DNA from: Eledone cirrhosa
Taxonomy: Eukaryota
Assembly (NCBI GenBank): GCA_964016885.1
Contig: OZ024753.1
Location: forward strand, 20,708,001-20,772,000
Length of the DNA stretch: 64,000 bases
Direction: 5' to 3'
Translations under genes and position numbers: made by a program
Part shown: positions 1-11,311 of the stretch, in pieces
Layout: each line of letters begins with the position of its first letter
How positions within the stretch are numbered: position 1 is the first letter of the stretch
Notes under the pieces: model-generated
Told to the model about the DNA's origin: nothing
The model's input: only the letters and a program-made list of their open reading frames with translations
Databases searched by the model: none

Positions 1-760
1 GTTTGCCAATGTTTTGCGATGGGAGGATCAGAGATGTGAGGTATTCCACACTGCAAGGCAGTGTTTCAGTCTAGACCAGGATGTTGTGGGAGATGTCCAA
101 AATGATGCTGGTGCACTTAATGTTACAGATGCTCAGAAAACGAAGGCCTGGAAATATGAGAGACTGATGAATGTCCAGAATGAAATGTAAAGTGGTAAGG
201 CGACTGGACTGCCAGGGATAATTGTTGAGATATTAACGGCATCAGGAGAAGTAGAAACTAAACTATTTACACACATAGTCAATCAAGTTATATATGGTGG
301 AGTCATACCCTAAAACTGGTGCAGCAGTATACTCGTTAACTGTTACAAAGGTAAAGAGGATGCTCTAGAAAGGAGCAATTTTAGAGGCATAAAACTGATG
401 GATCAGGTTATGAAATTGGCAGAAAGAATACTAGCGCAATTAATTAGAGATAGAATCAAATTACATTAAATGCAGTTTGGTTTTGTGCCTAAGAAAAGTA
501 CAACAGATGCCCTCTTCCTAGTGAATGGTTCTTAGAGAAAAAGAAGCCACTATATTTAGCTTTTGTTGACCTAGAGAATGCCTTTGATAGAGTACCCTGA
601 TCTGTAATCAGGTGGTCCCTAAGGAAACTAGATATAGGGAAATTGCCTGTGAGGACAGTGCAAGTTATGTACAGAGGAGCTTTCAGTAAAGTGAGGGTAG
701 GAATGGAGTTTAGTGAGGAATTCCAGATACAAGTAGTCCATCAGGGTTCGGTCCTCTGCC
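1..760 (+). mobile_element. Degenerate RTE-clade LINE fragment (reverse transcriptase region)
   Basis: Broken frames encode RT motifs (MQFGFVPKKSTTDALF, LYLAFVDLENAFDRVP, VHQGSVLCP) collinear with the RT ORF at 8037-9488. Multiple stops and frameshifts. Confidence 0.9.
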
Positions 761-863
761 CGCATTGTAACTTCCTCCCCTGCTCCCAAACAGTATGGAT
801 GCTACCAGGAAATAGTATTTTGGCCTATACTCTAACACGCTTTTTTCTTTTGTTATTGTTTAG

Positions 864-1023
864 CTTCAGGCCAAGCATAGAATTTATTTCTCATTTGGTT
901 AATGCTGTTAAACAAGATTTAAGATTTCCCCGGGGCTTCAGAATTGTTGGTATTTCACTTTTACTCATTTTTAAAGAGTTAAATATTACTAGAGGGGATA
1001 TTGTGGGTACTTTTAACAACCAG
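864..1023 (+). CDS. Candidate internal exon of an unrecognised host gene (FRPSIEFISHLVNAVKQDLRFPRGFRIVGISLLLIFKELNITRGDIVGTFNNQ)
   Basis: T-rich tract plus TTTAG acceptor (AG 862-863), CAG|GTATGA donor at 1023/1024. Only one frame is open, ending in phase 0. Non-repetitive sequence. Confidence 0.6.
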
Positions 1024-1152
1024 GTATGATAACACACAGAGAAATCAATCAAGAGAAATAATAAAAGAAAAAAAAACCGGATATAATTTAAAAATAGCTG
1101 CCTGAAGATCAGTTCATATATCTATTGAAACTACTTTAAAATTAAAACAAAC

Positions 1153-1275
1153 AAACATACATACATACAAGTACACCTTATATTTTGGAGGATATATATA
1201 TATATACACACACACACAAATATATATACACACACACATTCACATATACACATGTATTTATATATAATCATATAT
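1153..1275. repeat. Compound (ACAT)n/(TA)n/(CA)n microsatellite
   Basis: Directly visible simple repeats. Confidence 0.9.
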
Positions 1276-1825
1276 AATGATATAAAGTTGTCTGTCTTTT
1301 GCGATTTTCCTTTATTTTTGTTATTTATTTTATTATGGTCAATGTATTCTTTCCTGCTTCTTTTTTCCTTCTTTGTCTGTTTTCTTCTTTCCATCCAAGA
1401 TTGCATATATTGATTACTATTTGGAAAACATCTCACCAACTTTCTAAATAGGCTCACATTTAACCAATATTTACATCTAACTAGGTAGTAGAATGTTCTT
1501 CACAGATAACTTGGTCTAAACAACATGGAAAATTACAGTGCCAGACCAAGTATTGATTTAGTATATATAGTAGCTGATGAAAACTTGTTTACACAATGAT
1601 TCTTCTCAATGCTACTTTGCTGTGAAATATTCTTCAATATATTGGAATACATATATTAATATACTTTGTTTTCTTTTTTGTCTGCTGTTAATTTTTTGTT
1701 TTGTTTTACTTTTATTTATGCCAGTTGTTGGATATTAAAAAATATATAAATTCATTTATCTAAAGCTTAGAATAAGAAGTATTCAAATATTCATGGCTAA
1801 TAACAACAATATTATTATTATTATC

Positions 1826-4800
1826 ATTATTGTTCTTTGAGTCTCAGTCATTGATGTTAGTTAACTGGAAAGTTTGTTGAAATGAATATCAAGCCACTAC
1901 CTGCGGCCTCAGATATTCAGGATGTATCAGAGGGTTCTTGCTGTTCCCAGCAAGCATGCCTTTTGAAGCGTTCCAAAAAGCGGGGCGGGCCAATTTTCTT
2001 TAACCATCCCTGGAAACTTTATGAGATTGTACCTAATGCGCCTATGACAATCGGGACCACTTTGACTTCATGGCAGTTCCAAATCCTTTTTACCTCCCAC
2101 TTTAAGTCCTGGTGTCGGTTAATTTTCTCCCTCTCCTTCTCTTTCACTCTTGTGTCAAATGGGCAGGCCACATCCACAATCAGGTACGATCTTTTTTCCT
2201 TGTCCAAAACCAACAGGTCAGGTCTATTGTGTTCCAGTTTCTTGTCCGTCTGTATCCTAAAATCCCACAGCACCTTCACCTGATCGTTTTCTATCACCGA
2301 CTCTGGCTTATGCTCATACCACTTCTCAGAATGTGGTAAATTGTTTACTTTGCATAGGTGCCAGTGGGTCACCCTGCCCATCACATCATGTCTCCAGCCT
2401 TTATAGTGAGTCTGGGCTAGGTGTTTACACTCGGATACAATGTGAGCCACAGTCACCTCTCTCTCTCCACAGATCCTGCACAGTGGGCTAGCCTCCTCCT
2501 TGTAAATATGGTGTTTCAACCACTTCGTTTTGAGGGCCTGCTCTTGCGCAGCCATTAGCATTCCTTCTGTAGCCTTTTTAAGGTCTCCTCTTTTCAACCA
2601 GTTCCATGTCTCTTTTCTCAAAGAAGGTACTATGAAGGGATTTTTCCTGAAGGCTGCTCTTTCTCCTTGTTGTTATTTCCTCCTTGGACATCCCCTGGTC
2701 TATTGTTCTCTCCTTCAGTACAATTCTGGGCATTGCTCCTTACTATCAGTCACGTATTTGTGTAGGTTGTTTTTCTCCATCTGAACACAGTCCTCTATGC
2801 TGATAAGACCTCTTTCACCTTCAGATCTCCTTAAGTAGAGTCGATCGACATCACTCCTCTTGTGGAACATGTTGTAGATAGTCAATAGCTTCCTAGTCTT
2901 CCTATCCATTTCTTTTTGTTCAGCAACATTCCATCTCAGAATTCCCGCACTGTACCTAATAATAGACACAGCTCGGGAATTTACTGCACTTATGGCATTC
3001 CTACTGTTCAGATCTGACTTTAATACGCTCCTTACTCTCCGAATGTATTCAGATCTTATCAATTCCTTCATTTTTTTGTTCTTGATGTCATCAGCCTCCA
3101 GAACACCCAAATACTTGTATCCTTCTTCAGTGTCAATTTCCTTTATCATCTCACCTGTTGGTACCTGGATTCCGTAGCTTCTGCTCAATTTACCCCTCTT
3201 CATCACAAGGACTCCACACTTACTAATACCAAATTGCATACATATATCATTGCTGAAAATACGGACAGTGTCAACAAGCACATCCAACTCCTTCTCACTC
3301 TTCCCGAAGAGCTTAAGATCGTCCATGAAGAGGAGGTGATTGATGGTAAGCTCTCCCTTTCTCAACTTGTATCCTGCTCTCACTTTTCGCAGTATAATGG
3401 TCAGGGGCGTCAGGGCAAGGACAAACAACAGAGGCTATCTCCCTGGAAGATACTTCTCTTGATCTTCACGCCTCCCAAGGATTCTCCAGCTGATGTTAAC
3501 TCTGTTTTCCAGGACTTCATACTTTTGTCCAACAACTGTCTGATGTTATCTGCCACCTTGAAGATCTCTAGGCTTTTGGTGATCCAAGAATGAGGCACCA
3601 TGTCAAATGCTTTTTTGTAGTCTATCCATCCCATGGCAAGACCAGTGTGTCTCCTCTTGCAATTCCTCATTACCATCTTATCAATAAGTAACTGGTCCTT
3701 TGTACCACGGGACTTCTTTCGGCATCCTTTCTGTTCGTCCGGCAACAAGTTGTTTGTGTGGAGGTGATGGTAGATTTTCTCAGACACAATGCTTGTCAAC
3801 AGTTTCCACATTACGGACAGACATGTGATAGGTCTATAGTTGGTAACATCATTACCCTTGATTCGGTCTTTCATTACCAGAACTGTGGTACCTTTTGTCA
3901 ACCACTCTGCTACCTCACCTGACATCAAGCAGTCATTGAACATGGTTGTCAGTTTCGGGTGGAGGGATGTTATTTTTTAATCCAATACCCCTGCACACCA
4001 TCTGGGCCTGGTGATTTCCAGTTGGTTAGTTTTTTGGCCTTCCCCTTAAGTTTCAACTGTGATACTCAAATCAGTTTGTTGGTGTGCCTGTTCACTAATC
4101 TCCTGTTGTACTGTCTCAATCCACACTTCCTGGTCATTATGTTTAACATCCTGCTCCCATATTCCTCTCCAGAATGTCTTAGTTTGTTCCGCCTCAGGGA
4201 TCAAGTCGTTGCCTCCTTCTTTCCCTTCAAGCTGTCCAAACAACATCTTCTGGTTGTTGTCAAACATGCGGTTCTGTCTATACTGACTGACTCTGCTCTC
4301 ATACCGCCTAATCTTTGCACTCTTTGCTACAATGCGTTGCTTCAGTTCCTCTATGATAATATTTAGCTTTTTCCTCCTAGTTTTGTACTTTATTTCCAGT
4401 CTATTTTTAGTGTCTATGTTTTGTAGTGTCCCATTCAGTAGGGACTCAAGCTTTCCAATGTCATTTCTCATTCCCCTGATTTGACCATTCAGTCGTTTCT
4501 TCCACCAAGGTTCTGATCTTTCTTGTTTGTTGTTTCCTCTCGCTTTTATGCCAAGTAATTTCCTCACCGCATTTGCTGTTGCTTTGAGGATATTGTTGCA
4601 CTGGTGAAGGCTCCTCGCCTCAAGGTATGGGATGACTTTGTTTACCTTAGCTGTTGTTTCTTTTAACTTTTTCCTGTTTACAAATCTTAGGTTCATAGGT
4701 TTCCCACTATCATTGTTCAATTCATCTACCACTAAGTTTAGGATATCAACCAAATCTTGTCCTAGCCCGTCAGCATTCATCTCCTCAATGGCTGTATCTT

Positions 4801-4932
4801 TGTTCCAGGTATTATTTATTTCAGCATTCAGATCATTGTCTGCTTCGGATGGTTCCTCCATTCTCTCAACCTCTTCACCTTCATTTCCCACTGGCTCGTT
4901 TGCCTGGCATACTCCACTCTCCATTTCCAACC
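1826..4932 (-). mobile_element. R4/Dong-like (R2 group, restriction-like endonuclease) non-LTR retrotransposon, frameshifted and probably 5'-truncated
   Basis: Minus-strand ORFs 4046-5095, 3410-3943, 2715-3428 and 2019-2621 are pieces of one polyprotein. They contain RT (NYRPITCL, WIDYKKAFDMVPH, IFQGDS, LLFMDDLKLF), a CCHC finger (CRICGEREVTVAHIVSEC) and an RLE domain (RHD...NRPDLLVLD...IVDVACP..KE.EK). (ATT)n flanks both ends. Confidence 0.92.
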
Positions 4933-4934
4933 TA

Positions 4935-4973
<39 letters not shown>

Positions 4974-5009
4974 ATGATGATGATAATTATTATTATTATG
5001 ATGATGATG
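4933..5009. repeat. (ATT)n/(ATG)n trinucleotide microsatellite at the LINE 5' junction
   Basis: Directly visible. Produces the poly-Ile runs in ORFs 4046-5095 and 4632-5030. Confidence 0.95.
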
Positions 5010-5189
5010 CAACAGCCACAAGTGCTGTAAGACCATTTTCCCTTGCAGGTCCTATGATAGGTTCCATACTTATTATGGGGTCCTTTTTGAGGCAATGGTC
5101 TTACAGAGGCCCATCCTGTCTTGGTGACAACCTTTTTTGTCCCTTCTTATGACACACAGATAATAATAATACTATTAATAATATTAATG

Positions 5190-5360
5190 GTTCTGATGTA
5201 GGCACAAGGCTAACAATTTTGGGGAAAGTTGATTACTGGTACTTTATTTTATTAACCCCATAAGGATGAAAGGCAAAGCTAACTTCAGCAGGATTTGAAC
5301 TCAGAACATAAAGGACCATAACTCTACGTTATAAAACATGTTCTACCGATACTGCCAATC
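5190..5360 (-). mobile_element. tRNA-derived SINE, same family as 15464-15633
   Basis: Reverse complement contains GAGTTCAAATCC (B-box-like) and CTTTGCCTTTCATCC..GGGGTT..AAAATAAAGTACCAG, shared with other copies in the window. Confidence 0.75.
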
Positions 5361-5459
5361 TTCTGGGGCCCTCAGTTTTGTTTTATACTTGGATATAATA
5401 TCTTTTTTAACTTAAGTTTGAATACCAGTCTGTTTCAGAGGTGATGCTGCTACTCATAT

Positions 5460-5690
5460 TCAATTGAATGAACTGAAGCAGTGTGAAATGAAGTACCTTG
5501 CTCAAGGACTTAACATGTTACTGACTCATTATCTAACTATCTAACTTTCTCACTATCTATTTACTTACCTATCTATCTAACTATCAATCTACCACACTCC
5601 CTCACTATCAATCTATAGTAATCAAAGGACTGAACCCATGATTTAACAATTGGGAGTCCAACACACTAACTGTTAAGTCATGTAACTTTA
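5460..5690 (-). mobile_element. Degenerate CORE-type SINE interrupted by a (CTAT)n tract
   Basis: GAAGTACCTTGCTCAAGGAC (CORE-like, reverse strand) plus a tRNA-head-like segment. Similar to 62870-62990. Confidence 0.5.
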
Positions 5691-5741
5691 CTTGCTACTA
5701 AGACTCAAACATATATAACCTAACAGAGTTTTGTAACTTGC

Positions 5742-6600
5742 TTGAATTTAAATTTTAAAGACCAACACAATGTGTATGGAGAATGTAACAAGTGCAACCT
5801 ATTCTACATAGGCAGCACTATTCGACAGTTACATCTCAGTATTAAAGAGCATGTTAACACCAACTCCTCTTCCTTCCACAAACACATCATCAAATGTGGT
5901 AACCGGGACAACATTACCACCACAATCTTAGCTCCCGAACGCAGTATAGGCATGCTGAGAATTAAGGAAGCCCTCTTAATTAAGCAATTAAAACCTAGGA
6001 TCAATAATCAAATGGAAAGAAGTGCACCAGAATGACTAATTTAAAAGCATATATTCCAACATCCCAACGGCCAGTTTCATTCTTTCTTTCAAATTAAATC
6101 TATGTCCTCACTAGACACACTTAAACTCACACACACACATACATATATCAGACACATATTTTTCCTGTTTTATTATATACATATTTGCACACACCATTCA
6201 CTACAGAAACTTCATGCACGTATACACAAACATCCCACTAAACACACTTACATCCACACACATACATATATCATACACCTCACAACATGCACGTTCGCAA
6301 TTTTAGCATCTTTCCATTTCATTTAACTTAAATCTGGTCTCCAAACAAGCAATCAATTTTTAAGTCTCTCATAGGGTTAGTCCCTTGATAATGGGTTTTT
6401 AAACCTGAAAATATTTGGGATTGTTAAATTTGCTACGGTAAGATTCTTTTGTTATCTTGGCGATTTAACATTCTCCATATACATTGTGTTGGTCTTCCAA
6501 ATTTAAATTTGTGTTTCATATATAACCTATTTTTGAAATTCCCAGTTGGAATAATCAGCTATTTGTATCCTGTGTCCTGTTAACTATAATATATGTATGA
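5742..6600 (+). mobile_element. Penelope-like element 3' remnant: GIY-YIG endonuclease fragment (5742-6035) plus 3' UTR/pLTR
   Basis: NVYGECNKCNLFYIGSTIRQLHLSIKEH...HKH...IKEALLIKQLKPRINNQ is the Penelope-type GIY-YIG pattern. Hammerhead-like motif at 6381-6420. Confidence 0.85.
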
Positions 6601-6859
6601 ATGATTAATATGTCGCTCATTCAAAGGATTGACTTTATCGTGGGAGTCCAACACACTAACTGTTAAGTCATGTAACTTTATTTGTTACTAAGAAATAAAC
6701 ATATATAATCCAGTTGGCTATATTTGCTAGCCAGCTGTGTTCTGTGGGCTACAGCTATAATATATGTATAGATTAGAACTGAACTAAACTATTTTACACA
6801 ACCAACTATTGACCTAAGCTAGCATCAGAGAATCGATGTTAGAAAAATACATCTATTTG

Positions 6860-7022
6860 TGTCAGTGTTTGTGTGTGGGTATGTTTGTATGGGTGTGTAT
6901 TTGAGTATGGGTTTGTGTGTGTATTTGTGTGTATGTTCGTGTGTGTGTGTGTGTGTGTGTGTGAATGTGTGTGTATTTGTGCATGTGTATTTGTGAATGT
7001 GTGTATGTATATGTGTGTGTGT
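6860..7022. repeat. Imperfect (GT)n microsatellite
   Basis: Directly visible. Confidence 0.9.
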
Positions 7023-7120
7023 TGAAACCAGAAAGAGAACATCAATAAAATAAAATTCAATTACATAATATGTTATTGATTAGGAGTGGTGTATTATTGG
7101 ACCCTCTTCTACTGTTACAG

Positions 7121-7235
7121 AGAAACATCAATAAAATGGACGATGAATCACACATAACTAAATATTTACTCTCCTCTATTTTAAGTGTTGTAAATCAAAA
7201 GACTGAATTTGAAAGGATCTTTTATAAAAACTATG
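7121..7235 (+). CDS. Candidate internal exon (RNINKMDDESHITKYLLSSILSVVNQKTEFERIFYKNY), phase-compatible with exon 864-1023
   Basis: CCCTCTTCTACTGTTACAG acceptor, G|GTAATG donor. The single open frame starts in phase 0 and ends in phase 1. Confidence 0.55.
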
Positions 7236-7814
7236 GTAATGAAAGGGTCGTCTTATCAAAAGCGTGTGTGCATTGACGTTCTCTCTTTTTCTCTCACTGC
7301 CTCCATCTCTCACTATTATAAGCAAACAGGAGTCTATTTGCAGGCCACTCCACAACCCCGGTGGACAGAATAGAGAAGGCATTTCCATGGAGGATGGTGA
7401 GGGAGACGTGTTAGAAGAGCCCTTCAAGCTGACGAGGCTCACACCTATAGGTAGCCAACTCTGTCCGGCAGCGAGTAGGGAGGTGATCCTAGGGCCAAGG
7501 ACATCAGAACTAAAAAGTTAGCTTTAGATTGAGAAGTCTTGGGATATATGTGGTGAGACGGATCAATTTATTATGGAAGAATTCAGTAACTGTAAATAAA
7601 AAACAATATAAGAATGAGGAAAGCAATCAGTTTTTTTTTAAAGCTAACAGCAGAGTTATTAATAACAAAGTCTGGAAACTTCTAAAACTTAGATAAACAC
7701 CTTCAATTACTACTATATAACTTAATAGATTCTCAGAATTATACTGAAAATTGATACACGCATGCACGCACGCACGCACGCATGCACGCTCGCTCGCTCA
7801 CTCACTCACTCACT

Positions 7815-10020
7815 CATTTAAAGTCCATCTTCCACGCTTGCATGGGTTTGGACGGGGGTTTTCCCACTTGAGGCAACATTTGTTGTCCTGCTCGTATAGG
7901 ACTGTCTGGCGGGTTTTCTATGGCTGGATGCCCTTCCTAACACCAACCACGTTTACAGTGTGGAACTGGGAGGTTTTTACCGTGTTACCTACACGGCCAC
8001 ATTGCAGCGTGGACTGTGTGTTTTTTGTTGTGACACCTATACGACCTCATTTGTTTTGGACTGAATGTTGTGGTACCAACATAACTTCACATTTAAGGGG
8101 GTGGTGTGGATGGGGTGGGGGTAGTGGGACGGGGGGTGTATTTTGTTAGAGGTGCCTACTGACTGTAGGTTTCGCTTTGTACTTAGGCAAGGCGGGTCTT
8201 CTGTATGACTGTGTAGTGCCAAAGATCTCGGTCCAGTGACATTGTCTTGGAGAGGTGTAAGTGTGTGAGGTCGGAATTTATCAAGTCGTCCCAGGTTACC
8301 GTCTATTTTTATCGCCCTGCACTTTTTTATACAGCTGTCGTCTTTCATGCGCATCACGTGACCGTACCAATGTAGTCTTCTCTCGAGTAAACAACATCTG
8401 ATCCCTCTTATTCCTAATTTCTCACTTAGTTCGGTTATGCTTTGCCGTTCACGTATATTACTATTACACATCCAGCGGAGCATGCAAGCTTCGTTCCTCT
8501 CCAGTCTGTGTATATCCTCTGCACACAATGCCCAGGTCTCACTGCCATGTAACATTGCTGTTCGTATGCAGGCATCATACAGCCTGCCTTTCATTTTTTG
8601 AGAGAACCCTTTTGTGGCCAACAGCGGTATAAGCTCTCTGAACTTTTTCCATCCCGTTCTGACTCTAGCTACTGTACTTTCAGAGCACCCTCCCCCACTG
8701 CTGATTTTGTCACCCAGGTAACGGAAGGTGTCCACTATTTCTATAGAACTATCTGTGCAATGGAATGAGCTAGTATTCTGTGGGCACTTGCTGCTACTTA
8801 TTGCACCAGAGCACCGGCCACATATAAAATCTATATTCTTAGTTAGCTTACCTGTGATCCCGCTACATCTTTTATGCACCCATACTTTGCATTTGGGACA
8901 TAAAATGGAGTTGCCTACACCTTTCCTACACACTGAGCATGGCCATTTCCCAGATGGGACCAGTGCCCTATTTTCCTTCCTACAAACTAGAACTTTAGTC
9001 TTAGACAAGTTAACTTTAAGGCCTTTTGATTCTAGGCCATGCTTCCATGTTTGGAATTTCTTCTCTAGTTCAGCCATTGATTCAGCTATGAGCGTTAGAT
9101 CATCTGCATATAGGAGTTCCCATGGGCAGCCGGTCTTGAACTCCTCTGTTATAGCCTGAAGGGCAATAATAAATAGTAGGGGGCTAAGAACGGAGCCCTG
9201 ATGAACACCAACTTTTACGCTAAACTCTTCACTATATTTGTTGTTAATTCTAACCTTGCTGACTGTTTCTTTATACATGGCTTGTATAGCTCTCACAAGC
9301 CATTTATCAACACCTAGTTTTCTAAGCGCCCACCAGATAATGGAGCGGGGGACTCTGTCAAAGGCTTTCTCCAAGTCAACAAAAGCTAAGTATAGGGGTT
9401 TACTTTTAGCTAGGTACTTCTCTTGTAGTTTTCGTACAATGAAAAGAGCGTCTGTGGTACTTTTACCTGACACAAACCCGAACTGCATTTCATCTAGATC
9501 AATTCGTTCTCTGATTAGTTGCGCTATTACTTTTTCTGTGACCTACATGACCTGGTCGATTAATTTAATGCCTCTATAGTTACCCCTATCAAGAGCATCT
9601 CCTTTACCCTTGTAGCAGTTAATTATGATGCTGCTATGCCAGTCCTTCGGAACGGCCCCATTCTGTATGACTTAGTTTACTATCCGGGTGACCATAGTGT
9701 GTCCCACCGTTCCAGATGCTTTCAGCATTTCAGCAACTATTTCCGAAGGCCCAGCCGCCTTACCCGTCTTCATATCTTTGATTGCCTTACTTATTATACT
9801 ACCTTCAACTAGCACTGCTGGTCCCTCTATTGGATCGATGTGTGGGAGACTGTCTTTCTCCCATTTATTCTCCTCATTTAGTAGCCTTTTGTAGTGACAC
9901 TTCCAAGCTACCTTCTTATCAGCATCAGTGATGGCAAGTACACCATCATCATTAAGGACACACTTCTCCCCGACAATATCACGGTTTTCCTTGACACATT
10001 GCCTAGCAATCCTGAACACC
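7815..10020 (-). mobile_element. RTE-clade LINE, 5'-truncated, with 3' UTR and microsatellite tail (7760-7815)
   Basis: ORFs 9672-10019 and 8037-9488 encode RT (QFGF, AFVDLEKAFDRVP, GVHQGSVLSPLLF, LLYADDL, FRYLG), an inserted PHD-like Cys finger and an RTE-type C-terminus (HGSETW...LHWYGHVMRM). The 3' UTR matches the repeats at 10120-10480 and 10760-10992. Confidence 0.93.
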
Positions 10021-10027
10021 TCACGTT

Positions 10028-10069
10028 ATATATATATATATATATATATTTACACACACACACACACAG

Positions 10070-10118
<49 letters not shown>
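10028..10118. repeat. (TA)n/(CA)n microsatellite
   Basis: Directly visible. A similar (GAT)n(AT)n(AC)n tract lies at 10453-10560. Confidence 0.95.
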
Positions 10119-10119
<1 letters not shown>

Positions 10120-10478
10120 GGCGTCACGCAGTAATACAGGGTACCCGACCTCCCATGGGTACATGCTGAAGCATATAAACAATATGCCCCCACTCCCCCC
10201 ACCGCAAGGTGGTCGTGGAGGTGCCACGGCAAAAAAGCACCCAGCCCACACTGTAAAGTGGACGTGTAGGCGCCACGAAAAAGCACCCAGCACTCACTGT
10301 AAATGAGGTTGGTGTTAGGAAGGGCATCCAGCTGTAGAAATCAAGCCAGATCAGTTCCTGTATGAGCAAGGCATGGTCAGCCGACCAGACACTGCCCACA
10401 ACAGGAGAACCCGTCTAACCCATGCTAGCGTGGAAGAACGGACGTAAAACGGTGATGATGATGATGATGATGATGATG

Positions 10479-10480
<2 letters not shown>
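10120..10480 (+). mobile_element. RTE 3'-UTR-derived short element or heavily truncated RTE copy with (GAT)n tail
   Basis: GGTTGGTGTTAGGAAGGGCATCCAGC...CCGTCTAACCCATGCTAGCGTGGAAG..GGACGTAAAAC(GAT)n, homologous to the reverse complement of 7815-7975. Confidence 0.8.
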
Positions 10481-10515
<35 letters not shown>

Positions 10516-10759
10516 TATATATATATATACATATGTATATATATATACACACACATATACATGGATATAAACATATAATGCTAGAATTTGTGCAACACAC
10601 TTGAGAAATGGTAATTTAATATCTTCCCTACTTCTCTCTCTCTCTAGGCAACACCTTCCTCAACCTTCTATCCCCCCTCATTCACCTCCCTTAGTAACCA
10701 TACTTCCCCTACTACTCTATCCATATTTTCCCCAAGCTTCCTCCCCTCTCCCTAATCCC

Positions 10760-10993
10760 ATGACAAAAGTGCCCAGTCCACACTGTAAAGTGGTCATGTA
10801 GGAGACACGACAAAAAGTGCCCAGCACACACTGTCAATGTGGTTGGCATTAAGAAGGGCATCCAGCCACAGAAAACCAGCCAGAAACAGTCCTACATTAA
10901 GCAAGAAATGGTCACCTGACCCAACTTCCTCTTAATGGGACCCGTCTAACCCATGCTAGCGTGGAAGATAGACATTAATTGATGATGATGATG
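10760..10993 (+). mobile_element. Second RTE 3'-tail copy with (GAT)n tail
   Basis: Same AAGGGCATCCAGC...CCGTCTAACCCATGCTAGCGTGGAAG motif and (GAT)n tail. Confidence 0.8.
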
Positions 10994-11226
10994 AAACACG
11001 AGGACAATTCCTGCTTATCAGCTGTCTTCTGTAGATCACTGATGTTTTGAATGCATTAAAGACAGTTCATCTCACCACAGTGTGTTGATAGCTAAAAGGG
11101 ATAACTGCTGCTGCCTTTTCTTGTCCCCTTTCTTTATCGGTTTGTCTTTCCTTTTTGTTTTTCTTGTGTTTCTCTCACATTTTCTAAATATTAGTAACCA
11201 CACAGCACCATTCTCACTATATATAT

Positions 11227-11311
11227 ATAGGAAAATGTATGACCCCGACAGCAGAGCTCAAGCCTGTCGAAACAGCTTGAGCTCTGTCGTCGGGGTCATA
11301 CATTTTCCTAT
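11227..11311. repeat. 85-bp near-perfect palindrome centred on a hammerhead-like core (probable Penelope inverted terminus)
   Basis: ATAGGAAAATGTATGACCCCGAC..CAGAGCTCAAGC / GCTTGAGCTCTG..GTCGGGGTCATACATTTTCCTAT arms around CTGTCGAAACA. Confidence 0.8.

Noticed and set aside
1506-1600. Possible extra exon after TTCTTCACAG
   Set aside because: All frames close quickly, the donor is weak, and the phases do not fit the neighbouring candidate exons.
4046-5095. 349-aa ORF with a poly-Ile run as a membrane protein
   Set aside because: The poly-Ile is a translated (AAT)n microsatellite fused to the LINE N-terminal region.
7335-7530. GC-richer island with CTGACGAG and ORF 7264-7521
   Set aside because: No hammerhead or HDV fold could be completed and no protein motif was recognised. 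Probably a TE 5' remnant.
9894-10604. Cluster of short ORFs rich in IY/HT/CV repeats (also 1131-1457, 6102-6326, 6839-7060, 62166-62384)
   Set aside because: These are translations of dinucleotide microsatellites.
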